From contig NC_045697.1 in the NCBI RefSeq assembly GCF_009834535.1, positions 16,742,001-16,806,000 of the forward strand: DNA of 64,000 nucleotides, given 5' to 3'. The stretch comes from Camelus ferus. Lineage: Eukaryota. The notes under the pieces are model-generated. The model worked only from the letters and a program-made list of their open reading frames with translations. It searched no databases and was not told the origin of the DNA. A program made the position numbers and the translations under genes. This document shows positions 13,786 to 28,200 of the stretch, piece after piece. The stretch's first letter is position 1. The number at the start of each line of letters is the position of its first letter.

Positions 13786-15482
13786 AAACTGATGTCTGAA
13801 ATACTTCCCTTTCCTCTCTGCCAAAGGAAATCTCTCACCATCTTGAAGATCTATTTCAGAAGGCTGCCTCCATGAGCCTGGCATCTCTCTACCCCCACAG
13901 GTCCTATGGATGTCTTCCCAATCCTAGAACTGTTAGAGCTTGCTAACCTCATGTCAATGGTCACATATTCCCTCGTGGGACAATTAGTTTCTGACGGAAA
14001 CTGAACACAGGGGCTAGATCACTGATTCATATTTTTTACATGTGGTGCCTGGAATAGGGCTTTGTTGAATGACCGTCCACTTTGCACCCATTGTCAATTG
14101 TGTCCTACGCATAGGTCTTGTTTCCTCATAAATCTCTGTATTCCCAAAGCAAGATAATCCCTAAAGTCCATATACTTCTTTTATATGCATCGTAGTTTCT
14201 GGGAAAGTTCTAGGCAGTGCAGAAGAGTCTAAAACACAATTGTGGGTTTCATAATCAAATAGGGCATATGCAGCATACGATGCCTTCAGAAGTAGCTGGG
14301 AATGACCCTGCCAGAGGGGAGAGGGAGGTAGTAAAGGAGGCTCTGACCACTAAGGACAAGTTGATGAGAGTTAAAAAGAAATGATGGAGGAAGACATGAA
14401 CATTCGCCTAAGAACAGTTTTTAGCCACAGACTGAACATGGACAGCAGAGGACAGGGAGACAGAGGCAGTGACCCCAAGGCTCGTGGTTTGGGGGAAAAA
14501 CAGCAAACTGGTTTCTGATCCCTGGGAGCACACAAACAAGAAGTTAGGCAACCTGGTGTGCGCCGTGTTGCAGAGTCAGCCTGTGCTAAAGATTAACAGC
14601 CGGTCTTAAAGGGGACTAAAGATCAGGGGCGAGCTTGCCAAGCACAAAACAGCAGACCTCGTTGGCAGCAGACCGCAATTGCAGGGCAAAGAATACCCAG
14701 ATCCCACCAGTGCTCTGCAGAAACAGGCACAGTGTGGTCATTTAACAGTCAATAGAGCATCTCAAGAAAGCAAGTATATCCTGGAGATGGTCACGCAACT
14801 GGCCAGTGTTTCTGACTCTTCCTGCTTGAAAATGGCAATTCCATCCTACTGACACTGAGGAGAAGCGATGGGAACCAGGGAGTTTGAGTTCTGGTTAAAT
14901 ACTAACTCCTAAATCCATAATCTGAAGGAAGACACAAACCATGCATAACCAAGAAGAGCGGCGGGGCACTTATCAGGGGCCTGATGAAATGTTTATGAGA
15001 AGACTGGTAATTGAGGTAGAATCCCTCTGGAAGAGAGGAAACCTAGACATGGTATCTGGGACATAGAAGGATCTCTATAAATGTCCTTAACATTTCCAAC
15101 TGCCACTGCGTGGGCGTGGTTATCTATTTCTGCAACTCAGTGACAAGTCACCTTGAGAACTGAGGTCCTGCCTTAAACACCTTTCTACCTGCCACCACAC
15201 TTGGCATAACACCTTCGTACACTATGAACTCCATAAGTATCCAGCTATCCATTGTCTGACGGTAACATCTGTGGCTAAAATCAACCACATACTGAATTGG
15301 CAAAATCAGTCTTCTGAATTTTCAGTAAACTGGTCCATCTGGGTACAAGCTTGAACTTTGATGGTTAGCAGCATTCTTTTGGATGAACTGGGTAAAAGAT
15401 AATCCATTGTTAAGGGTTGGAATCCACACCTGTGGTCCTGTGGTTATATGATTTAAACAGATATCTTACACCCATGCCTCCA

Positions 15483-15484
<2 letters not shown>

Positions 15485-15525
<41 letters not shown>

Positions 15526-15526
15526 A
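15485..15526. repeat. (AC)n microsatellite, one interruption
   Basis: Direct read. Confidence 0.95.
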
Positions 15527-16214
15527 TACGATTGTGAACAATAGAAAGCTGATAAAGCTGTACGTACTTTATAGAGACAGACAGACAAGAATCGCCAGAG
15601 CAACAGTCTCACAAAGAGTTGTTAATATCTACGAAACAAAGATACCAGAAACAGCCAGCCTCGTGTTTTAAAACTGCATTTTCTTTGCTTTCTGCTTTTA
15701 AATTACACACTGCAAAGTCACTGAGGAGAAAGCTTTAAGAAAACTTTCATTTGCTATGGTACAGCTCGCTGGTCTTTCTTTGCCTAAAAAAAAATAAATA
15801 AAATAAATAAATAAACCCCCCTGGAAACGTTTCTTGCTTCTCATAGACATTAATAACGATAGCTTGAACTGTTAAGATTTGGTTTTACTGAAGGTAATGG
15901 AGTAATGTTTATTTCCATTAGACTGGCCTATAAAATCCTCTTTTTATAACCATGAGCCTACAATTTCAAAACAGCAAAGTTTGACATTTTGGTCTCTGAC
16001 CAGCAACACTTAATATTGGGATATTTTAAAACTCTATATGAAAAAAGCTCTTAATACAAGATAGGCTGAACATTTTCCCCGAAAATGGTTTGTTTTAGCT
16101 ATCTTTCTTCCTCCCGGACGGACGAGGAAAATCAGACAGCTTATTGGCTTAGTTTGTTAGGCCAGGTTAAAGGGATGCAATGCCAAAAGACTCTTAAAGG
16201 AGCTTACCCTTGGT

Positions 16215-16224
16215 CTAAAAATAG
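16215..16224 (+). promoter_or_regulatory. Consensus MEF2 site in intron 2
   Basis: CTAAAAATAG exact match; motif only. Confidence 0.4.
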
Positions 16225-19200
16225 CAGGCACTAGAGAATTATCTTAAAGACGAACAAACTTGCTCTGTACTGGGAATGCAGATAACTGTAATATGTTTCC
16301 ATTTTTGGTCTTTTCAAGGTTTTTTTTTTTTTAAGTTTGGCTTGTGGTCGCTATTTAAGTCATTTCTGATTCTATTTGTCACATTTGCTCTCAGAGATAC
16401 CGCTGAGGGTGCTTGACTGAGGAATTCTTCCTTAATTCTGCTGCTTTTGTTAAAATCTCACGAGCTAGCGGACTGCCACGCGTGACGTAGCAAGGCCTGG
16501 TTAGAAGGCAGATTCATTTTTTAAATGTTATCAAGAGCCTACTGTGTGCATCCTTTTTCTTGATCATTCTGCTTTCCTCCTAAGAGATGAGCGATGCACT
16601 TTGATACATTTTATAAATAGATAAGGGCATGTTTACCGTCTGAAGTCTTGCAAGTAAGTAACCTACCAGCACTCGTAAACTTTCCTCCCTTTTCATCCTT
16701 TCAGCAGACATTTTTACTCTTCTGTTTGTGTCTTCATGGCACTTCATTTCCCACTTTGCCACAAAATCCACCCCATTACCTTATAATTTGTTGTTTAAGT
16801 GTCTTTTCACAAGACAACCAAGTCTTGTGTCTTATTAAGTACATAATGCACCCTTGTACTCTGAGCACCCAGCTTAGTGCCTTGCACATAGTTGATGCAC
16901 TTTAAATGGTCAAGAAATGGGTCAACTTAAGAAAGAATACAATAAATTCCTGTATTAGGGCATTTTGCATAAGGGCAGACTGAATTTTAACACACGCGCC
17001 AGCCTAAACGGTTACCTACATGGGCTGGGTAAACCGTTGCCTTTTAAACCCTTTTAAACCAAGACAGCTCACTGAGGTCTTTGCTAAAATAGCAAAGATG
17101 ACCATGAATTCAATAGCTGTACAGAAACTAGTAAGAAATTCAGGTTGAGGGGGTCCTTTTTTCTTTGCTATTTTTGTACCCAGGTTTCCGTGATCCCAGC
17201 CTCTAAACAAAAGCAAGGCCCAAACATTCACAACTTCCGGAAAGCCTGACTGCCTTGGGAAATTAGCCTTCCTTCACCACCCCACCACTTCCTTCTAGCC
17301 CCTGGGCTTGATTCTTCCAAGAAGTCAGGTAACTGCCATAGAACTATGGTACCGTAAACCTGTGCAACAGGGCAATCACTTTTCCACATCAGGTGAATTC
17401 TTTCATTGCAATTTTTGATAAAAATACTACAACAAAAACAAAATATCTGCAGGAGTTTGAAGGCTGGGGACCTGTGGCCATGCGTTTCTGTGCGCTCCCA
17501 GGTCCCTCGGACAGAGGCAGAGTTACACTGATGCTCTGGAACCTCCATAGAGGTACCAATTCTTTAGCTCTTCATCAAGTGTGAGAAATATTCCCTCTTC
17601 AGCCGGATGGAGGAAGACACCCATGGCAGATGTACAATGGGTTCTTTATGTGGCAACACTCACTGGCTTAACACAGCCACGTGGCTCCCGACTGCCACTA
17701 TAACCCCCACATATCTTAGTTTGTGGAGCAAATCCCGGTGAAGTAGAAGGTGAGTTCACAGCCATTCTGGCAGGTGCACACATACTGCTGTCACGGTTGG
17801 CTCTGTTTACAAACCATCTCTTGCTCTCAGATCTTTGAGAAGTCTTATTTTTAGCATGATTGGTCTGAATGGCTGGGAAGGTCATTTTATTCTCTCTCCC
17901 TCTTCCCCTCTCCCAGGATATGACAGAACCACTGTAAATCTATTAACAGACATCAGAGATGGAATTCCTAATATGCATGGCTTTGCGCTGGGCACTGAGA
18001 AGGTGATGAGACAACGACTTAAGGTGTACACATCCATTCCCTTGTGCAGTTTGTAATCTAGCTTGAGAGACACTATGGCCACCCTGCAAAGACCTCCACA
18101 AGGAGGAAAAGATGCTCTTTTGTATACCTGAAAAAAAAATACTCATTTCTGTGCCTAAGAGGGGCCACTGATACCTTCTTAAATTTAGGGATTTAATAGT
18201 TTATCCTTTGCCCAGTAAAGGCTCCAAGTGAACACAGACCCAAACAGCCATCAGCCTTTAGTCTAGCACATTGTTATAACACAGTTTATGGAAATTGTGT
18301 CTATGGAAAATTTCCTTCTGACTCACTTCTTAAGACTTACTTCCACTAGCCCTCAAAGGAGGATAGATTTAATTTCTGAGAACCACCCCCAACTGCACAC
18401 CTTTTCCTCTCAGTGCTTCGCACTTTATTTGCATTGATACTCTCCTGTCCCCTGCCTGGCCCCATGGAGGACATGGAGACGGCCGGGCAGCCAGCTTGCA
18501 CACAGCCTGGAATCGGCTTTTATGCTACTGGATGAAAGGTCGTGTGGAAAGGCCCAACACAGGCACAATTAATCTGGTCACTCAGGGACCATCCACTGGT
18601 TCAAGAATAGTGTGCAGGTGAGTGATGGACAGGGTCACCGCTGCCTGACTGTATCGGGGGTTATTATGACAGCCATAAAGAGAAAGGGAAAAATTGAACA
18701 AGGGAAGAATTACTCCTGAAAGGGACATGAAGAGAGGCGCAAATGCCTTCATACAAAGGAGAAGTGTGGGAAGGTACCTGGGGAGCCAGGCTGCTTACGG
18801 CTGTCAGGATGGACAGCATTCTTTGAAATTGCCAAAGTTTGAATATGAAATGAGGGGTCACGGCCTAACCAAGGCGCAGGGTTCCACACAGAGAAACCCA
18901 AGCTCTCCATTCTCTCCCCTCCGGTGAAATGTGACAGAGCTGGGTGAGAGAGTTTGGATAAAGAAGACACCATTACAGCTTCCCTTGGGTTTTGAAGCAG
19001 AAATTAGATTTAGGGAACTCAGTCCTGCACACGATCCAAAATCCTTTTTCCAAAACCAAGCAGCACATTTTAGCGATTGTCTTGCAAGCCTTGCGGTTGG
19101 TGATTTATTTATAAGGATCTCCAAACAAAATGGGAAAAAAAGGGGAGGGAAATTACTCATGGTGCTGGTCATACAATTGAGTGTGTTCTCAACGAATATA

Positions 19201-22200
19201 TACACATGAATTATGCATTGCTGGGGTGGCGGTTTATTTGGGGACTGAGCAGGGAAGCAATGAAGGGGAAAAGTATAGGTAATTTCATTCTAAGTTAATG
19301 TGGGAAATACTTACTTAAGGATAACTCTGCTGAGCTGTATTTGTCTTGTCCAATGACTCTATAGCTAAAGAGCTTTACAATTGACAAGGGGGAAAAAATC
19401 AGTGGTCTTATTTTATCGGAGGAAAATTTAACAGTTGTAATTTTTAAGGGAGGACGTGATCTGATGGATTATATGACGAAGTTTAACATTTCTTGGAGTG
19501 TTCTCCTATCGGGTACCACTACATGGGAAAGACAGGATGATACCCAGACCCTGTGAAAATCTTTTAGCTGTAAAAATATGTATGTGTGTTTGTATATATG
19601 CCTCATTTTTCTCTGATCAGGAATTGATCCACACTGGCACTTGTGCAGATGGATCAAGGAGTTACATCACTTAAGCACAACATTTTTTATTAAAGCATTT
19701 AATGGGAAGATTTTGAAGTCATTTACATATTTCCCTCATCTTAAAAAATGATGAGAGTTGATTTTTGTAGCATTGTGGAATATTGTAAAATGACGATAGG
19801 AAGGAATTTAGAAATACAGCCCTAAGAAATATAGGACATTTGGCCCACAACTGAAACGGCCCCAGACAGTTATATTTTGAGTGACTGTCTACTTTGTGTA
19901 GTTTTCAGTCTCATCTCTTTTGGTTAGGTCCTGCTTCCCACTCCTAGCCCCTACAAGCTCATTCACTTTCTAAATCATTTCTTCTAATCTCTCATGTGCT
20001 CAGAACACAGATAACTAGATTGGTTTAAATTGCAGGTAAAACCAAAGGAAGCAAGTGGTAAGTGAGAGCTGGAGAAGCTTATCTGGGGAGAAAATGCATT
20101 GAGTTGGAGGGTCTGATTTTTTTTTTCCGCATCTAGTTTGGCTTCTCAGAGACATTTTTACAAATGGTGTATTTCTCAGCTGTGCTTCAGACAATTAATA
20201 ATACGAAGTTAATAATGGCCAGAGAAATGAGGTCTCATAATATGAATTATAAAAATAACCACCGTGATCAAGGAGAAATGCATCCCCTCTATGGAACATA
20301 CATCTTCTCTTTCAGCTATGAAGCGTGCCACTGGAAATAAAAATGAACCAGCAACTAACGGGAAAATGTGGGCCCACGTTTTGTTTTTCAGTGTCACAAA
20401 AGTGGCAGGGAGGTCACACAGTACTGTGGGAGGGTATCATGCCTTTTGCTGACTCAGGGAAGAAACACATTTGCCATTCAAAGACAAATTAAACAGGGCA
20501 TGGGTCACGCTAGGTGGATCGTCAGATGCAGTTATCTGCCGAGACCAGACAACAGTCAGTTACCTCCAAATGCATCTAAACGCAGAATTCTTTGGCTCTG
20601 TGTGGACAGAACATCTTTGTCAGAATTTTCAGTTGGAACAAATATTGCAAAGCAGTCCAGATGAGATCTGTCCCAGGAGAAACTGACACAAATTCCTTCA
20701 GGACGGGGGCAGCCACCTTAGCCACATTGCTGGGATTGCCGGGTGATAGGACTAAAGGAGCTAGAAAGCGGCATCGTGACCTAATGTAACTCTCAAATCT
20801 ACTGCACGCAGAGTCCTGGAAGTGGGGACGTGGGGCGGGGAGAAGTCACTTATCCCAGACAGCATGGCAGCGGCATGCGAACGCTCAGGTATTTGCTCAG
20901 ACTCTTTTCTGGTGGGAACTGGAGACGAGCCTGCCCATTGGGCAGCACTGCCTACAAGAAAAAGGCAGGCTGATAGATGCAGCTTAGAGGAGAGCAGGGT
21001 GTCCCCACTAAGCATGAGCTGGCAAGACACAAGAGGATTCTGACATGAGAACATTTCTGGACAGGATCTGAGTTGGCGGGGATCCCTGGACACTGGGAGA
21101 ACTACGTCTGGAATACAGAAGCTCCAACTCCACATCGAACGAAGGAGATGGCTAGTGTCCTGAGGCCAAAGATCTGTGGAATAACCAAGGGCATTCTGAT
21201 AATAGAGGCACTTGTTTCCCTAAAAGCAGCATTCAAAAGCAAAAATAAACTTCTCAGAAAAGGACTGGGGAGAAGAGATTGAAGCCTGAGCTTTACCAGA
21301 AAGTGAGAGAGCTACCCGAATCAGGTGCAGGAGAGATGTAATGCCTGGCACCTCCAGAGAGGAGAGGAGGAGGGATGGGCAGGTAGCGATCTTCCTGTGC
21401 CCGCCTCATCCACGGACGCAGGGAGCAGGACGGTCCCTGGGTCGGACCATCCATGAGACGACGTAAAGACAGTTTGAAGGGATGGAAAAGCTGCCTGTTC
21501 AGGATGTCACCTCGAGGCAAAAAGTGTGTCAGCCCTTCTAGCTGGACTGAAATATCACTCTCACAGAGAAAGGTAAAGAGGCCTAAATTGGTACAAAATG
21601 GTTTTCATCCAAAAGAGCCCCACAGAACGCTGCCAGGGCTCAGCGTGCCACTCACGTCAACCTGGCATGCTGGCTGGAGAACTTTCTGCCGACAGGCTTG
21701 CTCTCTTCCCTGGGGTGGGCTACCTCTCATCTCCCCTCAGCAATTCTGATGAGCAAACTGCTGTGCTTCTCAATACACAGTGCATAGGACTCCATAAATC
21801 CTAGGGTCCCCCCTGCCCTTTTCAAATAGTCTGTCCCACTGCCCTGCACTTATTGGACCCTACGCCTGGGCTCTTGGTTTGGAACAGAAGTTCCCACTAG
21901 CTAGGAGAAATGCAATCTAGCCAAATTCCACTCCAAGGGGAAGGCATTTCTGCAGATGGTAAGTGCAGCAACCCAGAGGGGGGCAGAGCTGATCGGTTCA
22001 CAATGACCAGGATACACAGACAGGTGGAGAAAGTCCTCGCTTTGCTTTCTTTATCAGAGGGCTTATCTCGCTTGATATCAAAGCCCTGTCCTCATCACTA
22101 ACCCTGAACTTCACGGCACCATGGACTTCGTCCACACTTGACCACTGTATCCCTGGGAAGTAGCAAGGAGACAGGCATGCTAAGGATTGACAGTAGTTAT

Positions 22201-25200
22201 TTTTTATGAGTAGGTAAATAAATCAGTCAGAGAATAGAGCCACTTAAAAAAATCCAGAAGCAGGGAGACTTGTGAAAATACGCAAACGGTGGAGACTGGA
22301 AGCTTTGGCCAGTAAGTGGTTTCTTCTATGAGATACGGTGATCACCCACACCACAAGTGATGTGGGACCAAAGGCCGGTGTTAGTCGTACTCCTCGGTAC
22401 AATATGCATTTGAAAGCACTGCCCTGAGGTTTGAAAGTTAGCAACTTAACCGGGGAAATCCATACGATTGCAGAGACAGCCAGCTCCGTCTTCTGTCTCC
22501 GGGCCATTTGAAGGAAGATGGGGAGGACTGAACACATCTAAGAATTTCTCCAAAGTGAAAAAGGACTTGGCATCAGTTTGTCCTCAGGGCCAAAATATCA
22601 GTCGCTGTGGAAATCGGTCTCTGTGGTTCCTCCCCGGCGACTGATGAGTATGTTTCCTTTGTCCCTTTTTTCTCCTTTCAGTAAATTGCACATTTAGTAC
22701 AGTCATTTCTTTGCTGCCCCTCTCTAAATTCTCTGTCGTGGGAAAATTTGATCAAAACATCCAGCCTTCGCTGGACTCTGATAATGAATTAAGAGTCAAC
22801 TGGAGGGAAGAGAGAGCTTGCCAGAGGATAGTTAGAGAATTTCATGACAATTAGCACTGATGCGCGCACTACAAGAATAGAAAAAAAAATTGCTTTAAAG
22901 GAGAACAAAAAAAGCTACTCACACATACGCAACCCCAAAAAAGCCTGCAAGCACTGGCTGAAAATGATACCATTGGATGACAGAACAAACACACCAGATT
23001 AGCCAATTAGCATTCACCCAGGAAAAGCAAGCACTTTGGAGCGAGGGGAGAAAGGAATCCATCAACAGTAATACCAACTTTACAATAGCCCTGACTGTTT
23101 ATCTGCCCAAAGGAAGTGCTACCACCCCACTTTCTTGTGACCCTCTCGACAATTCTGGGGGAAAAGAATGTTAGTTCAACGTTATCGCAAGCCGGAATAT
23201 GACTCTATTTATGTGACAAGTTGACAACATACAATTTCATGCTTGTTGAACTGATCGGTGTTATATATTCACTGTGAATATTTTGAAGCCTCACCATTAT
23301 AAATATGAAACAGTATACACTTATTCAAAATAACTCCAGCAGTGGCAATTTATAGCTGGGTGGTTTGTGCTCTTACGAAGTCCAATGCCGCCTTAAGGGG
23401 CCGCGGCGTCCAGAAACAGATGTGAAGTGTGACAACGACCAGAAGGGCCTGATGATGACCTGAGTGAGGCAGGCTATTCCATTCTGGTCTGCAGGGCAGC
23501 TGACACCGGTTTGTATTTAGATATGTGACTGGTGAGAACACTGTGTCCTTAAAGCGCTGTTTAAACACGGGCCAAGCCATTTGTCTCCCGGACTAATTAT
23601 TTTACCACCCTGAGATGGCAAGTAGCACTTTTTTTTTTTCTCCTTTTAAAAGAAAAAAAGAATGTGAACGTGCATGCACACACACAGGAGCACATTTCCA
23701 CTGTGCTGTGTAAAGTTACACACAGTGCTTTAAACCTTGGTCATGTCAGGTGAATGTTGGCAAGGGATCCGGAACGCGCACATAACAGGATTGTACCACT
23801 TTTTCGATCAGGTGCTTGGGGACAGGACGAGGCCACAGACCATCAAATCCTAAGCTGTTCCAGCCGCTGTTTTTGGTCAAGGTGTTTCCTCCTTTCTCTC
23901 CTCCCCTTCTTTCTTTCTCTGAGCAAGTTTCAACCAATTTGCAAGTGTTCGCTTCCGCAAGGACAAATTTGGAAGAGTGAAGAACAACACAATTTATCCA
24001 AATGTGGAAGAAAATGAGGGAACCGGGCGCCTTGCTAAGGCTAGATATCAAAAATTTGCATAAGTAGTTTCCCAACGACAGAGGTGCTATTTGGAACAAA
24101 ATAAATTGCTTGTATTGTATGCAGGGCACAAACCTTGACCAAGTTTGTGGTTGCTTCCCAGCTCCTATGTTTGAGGACACACAGACAGTCCCGCTGAGAA
24201 GCCCGATCTGGTTGCCCTCTGTAGGTAGAGCTAAAAGGATAATAGTTTATTTATTATTTCATTTAATTATTTGTTTCTGGGTAGACCTAAAAGGGTTATT
24301 GTTTACATAGAAATCTGTATTTGACTAAGAGAAATAAATTAAAAATATTTGAAATATGAATTACGCTGCTCCAGGATTTTCTAGTAATTCTTGTTTCCTT
24401 TCCGTTTGTTTGTTTGCTTAAGATTAGGTAATGCCCTCAGCTCTTGTTTGGAGATCTAGCAAAGGATTCACTGACCAGAATCCTGGATCCCTTTTGAAAG
24501 ATTTTAATCAGAGTGTTTTAGAACTTCCCCACGCCAGTGAAGTTTGCTCTTCAACGTCGACATCTCTTTCTACTCTTCCTGTTGGACTGAAGTGACGGTC
24601 TGTCTAGTAAATCCAACCCACAAGATAATATAATCACATACATTCATTTCTCAGAGACCTTGGCGGTTCTTATCTCCTTGCTTTTATGATCTCTCATGAA
24701 CAGCCAGGAATAGCAATTTGCAGCCTGTGTGTACAGCCATCTTCGTCTGAACTTAGCCTTCTCCTCTTTTATCACATGGCAATATTCTGCAGCTCAGTCC
24801 CATTTGCCACAGCAAAATTCGCGCTGAGCTCCATTTTGGAATAATGTTAAGTGCTCTCCGTGCGTATGGCACGTATCAAACATGCAATGGAAGGCGATTA
24901 TCATTTCAATGAGCTTTTTATTAATAGAAGGTGGTGTGTGTGCTTTGCTTAGATTGACTGATGTGCGGCCCACTGTACATTGTCGCCGGAAGCTATTTAG
25001 TTTGTGGCCGTCAGTGTCTCAGACAAGCAGCTCTGCGCCTCTCACCGTCCTGGTTTCTTCCAGGTGCTTCGCTCAACTTCACTTTAGCACAATATCACCC
25101 AGAACATTAAACACCAGGCTCGAGTTCCGCGTTAAATCACAATCGTTTCCTATTAAGTGTTCTAAGCTACCCATTTTTATTAACAGTTACTTTATTAAAT

Positions 25201-28200
25201 CCTTAATAACATAGATAGACTAGTTAGTTAATTTGTGTGTTGAGCCATGGATGTTAATTTGTAAACATAATAACATACTGCAATCATTTGCATAATAGCA
25301 TTTTAATCTTTTTAGTAAAAGCTGTAATTCCCTACAAAGTACACTGCAGTAGAAACTAAGTGACTATTGGTAATAATACAAAAGGCCTTAAAATTCTGAT
25401 CCTATTATAGTGTTGGAACAGACCCAAACTGCTTCCATAATCTTTGAAATGTTACTGTTCTCTGATTTAGGTGTCTGTGTCAGGAATAAAAATGAAGTAA
25501 CCCTGGTAGCAGCAGACGATTTCCTACGTGTAATTTAGTATTCACTAAGCACCCGCACTTCGCAAATAGCTCTGAGGCTTTCCTTCAAAGTTCAGAGCTC
25601 CAATTCTGCACACTGTGCGAGAAACGCCAAGGAATTCACTCGGAACTTGGACGTGCTGCGGACCAGGCTCCGAGAACCCGCGCTGGTGCAGCACAGGGAG
25701 CGCCATCGGCCACCAAGGGTTTGGTTTCGGCGTTGCCTTGCTCCTCCCTAATCAGCCTGCAGTTACCTCCTTGAACTGACTGCTTCTGAGCAGAAGTTTG
25801 GAAGAGAATGAAAAAGGGGGGGAAATAGTTTAACAAAGCTACTTCTGAGAAAGAAAAAACAAATATGAACTCTAGAGGGGGCTTGATGTCTAGAGCCCAT
25901 TGACACCAATCACAAGACTGGCCAAAAAGAAGAGAGAGAGAGAGAGAAAAAAAAAGGGGGGGGGGTAGTTGTTTAAAAGTCAGGCCAAGTCATTTTACGC
26001 AAGATCTGGTAATTCATTAATCTATCTGGCTGCAAACCATGAATGAATAACCTGCCCTAGTAATGGAGATGGGCAGGTCTACAAAGTATCAGTGTTTAGA
26101 ATCTGAAACTATGCAAATGATTCTATCCTTTTGGAACAGAAAAGGCACAAAAGTACCTCCTATCATCACTTTAGGACAAATGGCATAATGGATAAGAAGT
26201 CATTTATCTTCGTAAAATTTTGCCTGAGCCAAGAGTAAGAGTGTGTATTTCCTTGTGTCTCTCTCTCCCCTTTTCTCTTGCTCTCACTTGAGCACTTCAG
26301 CATCTTCAACAGGCTACAGTAAAACCCAGAATCCTGCTTTGCCTTCAAACTCTACCTCAGGGTACACAGTCCTGAAAGTAACCTGAGAGGTTAGAGAAGG
26401 GAAAAAAATGGCCCTTACAGAATTGTTTTACATCACAGGTGATTCCTTTTATAAAACCCATGATAAAAGTTTTCATTGCGAAAAGAACAGGCACATAATT
26501 ATAGGAACAGATTAATCTTGTTAAAGATGTGAAGTCTGGGCTGGAGAACAGGAGAAGAACAGTTTGGCTTCGGGTCTCTAATGTTCGTCTTTTTATCTGC
26601 TCTGTGTGTTGATCTCACTCAGAGGTGAGCCATCTGCTGGGCTGTGTTTCCACGACATTGCAATGCAGATGGGGACGTGGACAAACAGACACGGCGTAGG
26701 TATGAGGTTCCTACGCAAGCACACACAGTTGTTATACAAATAGACAGTTTGTCCCATGCAGCATCCTGAATCTTGATCACTTTAACCACGACTAATACCT
26801 CTGAAGTCAACCTAAGGGGCAATGAGCCACTGTTTTCGTGATTCCTCTCCAATTTTTCCTCCTTGTCAATGTGGGTCTCCACTTTTTGGCTCCAAAGATA
26901 TCCAGGCAGAGCATTTTCTAGTTAAATGACCCACCTGTGGGTCCAGGAGGTGAGGCAAGCCTGTGATAGGCTCACAAAATGACGCACCTCCTTCTTGGAG
27001 TGGCCGGAGTATCAGACGTGAAAGAGCTGGTCCCCACGCCACAAAAACACAAACTAGCGCGTCCTGCAATGACAGCGCCTCACGAACTGCCTGGATTCTC
27101 ACTTTCCAAACTGCACATGGCTGAGAACTAGACTGACTTCCACGAAACCCAGCAGCCGACCTCATCTTTTGTAACCACAGCTTATGCTAATAAAAGCCAA
27201 TCATCAGGAAAGTTAGTAATGGTAAGTATCAGGTAACCGGCACACTGCGACTTACTCTTTATTAGGAGGGGTTAATGCCCAGAAACATGGCCCGGTGGGG
27301 TCAGAACTCCTGAGCCGTATTTTTCCAGTGGTCAGCATGATGGCAGGGCAGAAACAGGGTGATAAACCAGATGTTCCCAAGATAAGGCAGATGTTATCGG
27401 AGCCTAAAACGGTCTTTCAGTGAGGTGTGTGGATGAACACACACCCAAACAGAAAACACACGCAAGAACACTATTGAGTCTCCCTGCCAGATAAGCCAGC
27501 AGAAGTACAGCAGCACAGGCTGGGTCAGATTGTTGCTTCCTGATTTGTGACTCTCCAAGATGAACATCGAACTGATTTATACCCAGACTTTGGAATTTTG
27601 TGGTAGACTACAAATGCAAAGATAAGTACAACATAAATTTTTAAAATACACCATAAGTCTCCATGAGTTTCAACATTCTTCAATGTTCTCACGTTACAGC
27701 CAATTATCTCCCCACTTAAATGGCTATTATTTTCTTACTTGAAGTCTATGTTCTCCTTAAGTGTCATTACCGAGTGTGGCAAAAAATCTGGTGGTGGGCC
27801 GTAAATTTAATTTAAATGACAAACATTTATTGATTGCAAATCGGAAATTCCAGAAATCTTCAAGCAGTGATTATTGTAAATTAATTTGGTCTCCCCGCCT
27901 AACAAAGGAGAATTTATTCTCCTGATGATTAAATTAAGGTGAGGTTGTTTTGACACGCATTTTTTTCTCTGTTTGTTTTGTGAAAATTCCAAGAGGTTTG
28001 CCATTCATAGAAAAGTCTGCCTGACCACGGGCACAGTCCGAAGCAGGAATTCATGACCATGGAAGGCTACAGAATTTCCTCCAAGGAGACAAATGAGCAA
28101 AAGCAGACACCATGTAAATCTGTGGATGGGGTTAAATATGTTCTGCCCCTGAGGCAGCAGGCAGATGGAGAGCCCCTCCGTAAAATGACTCACAAGTCCA

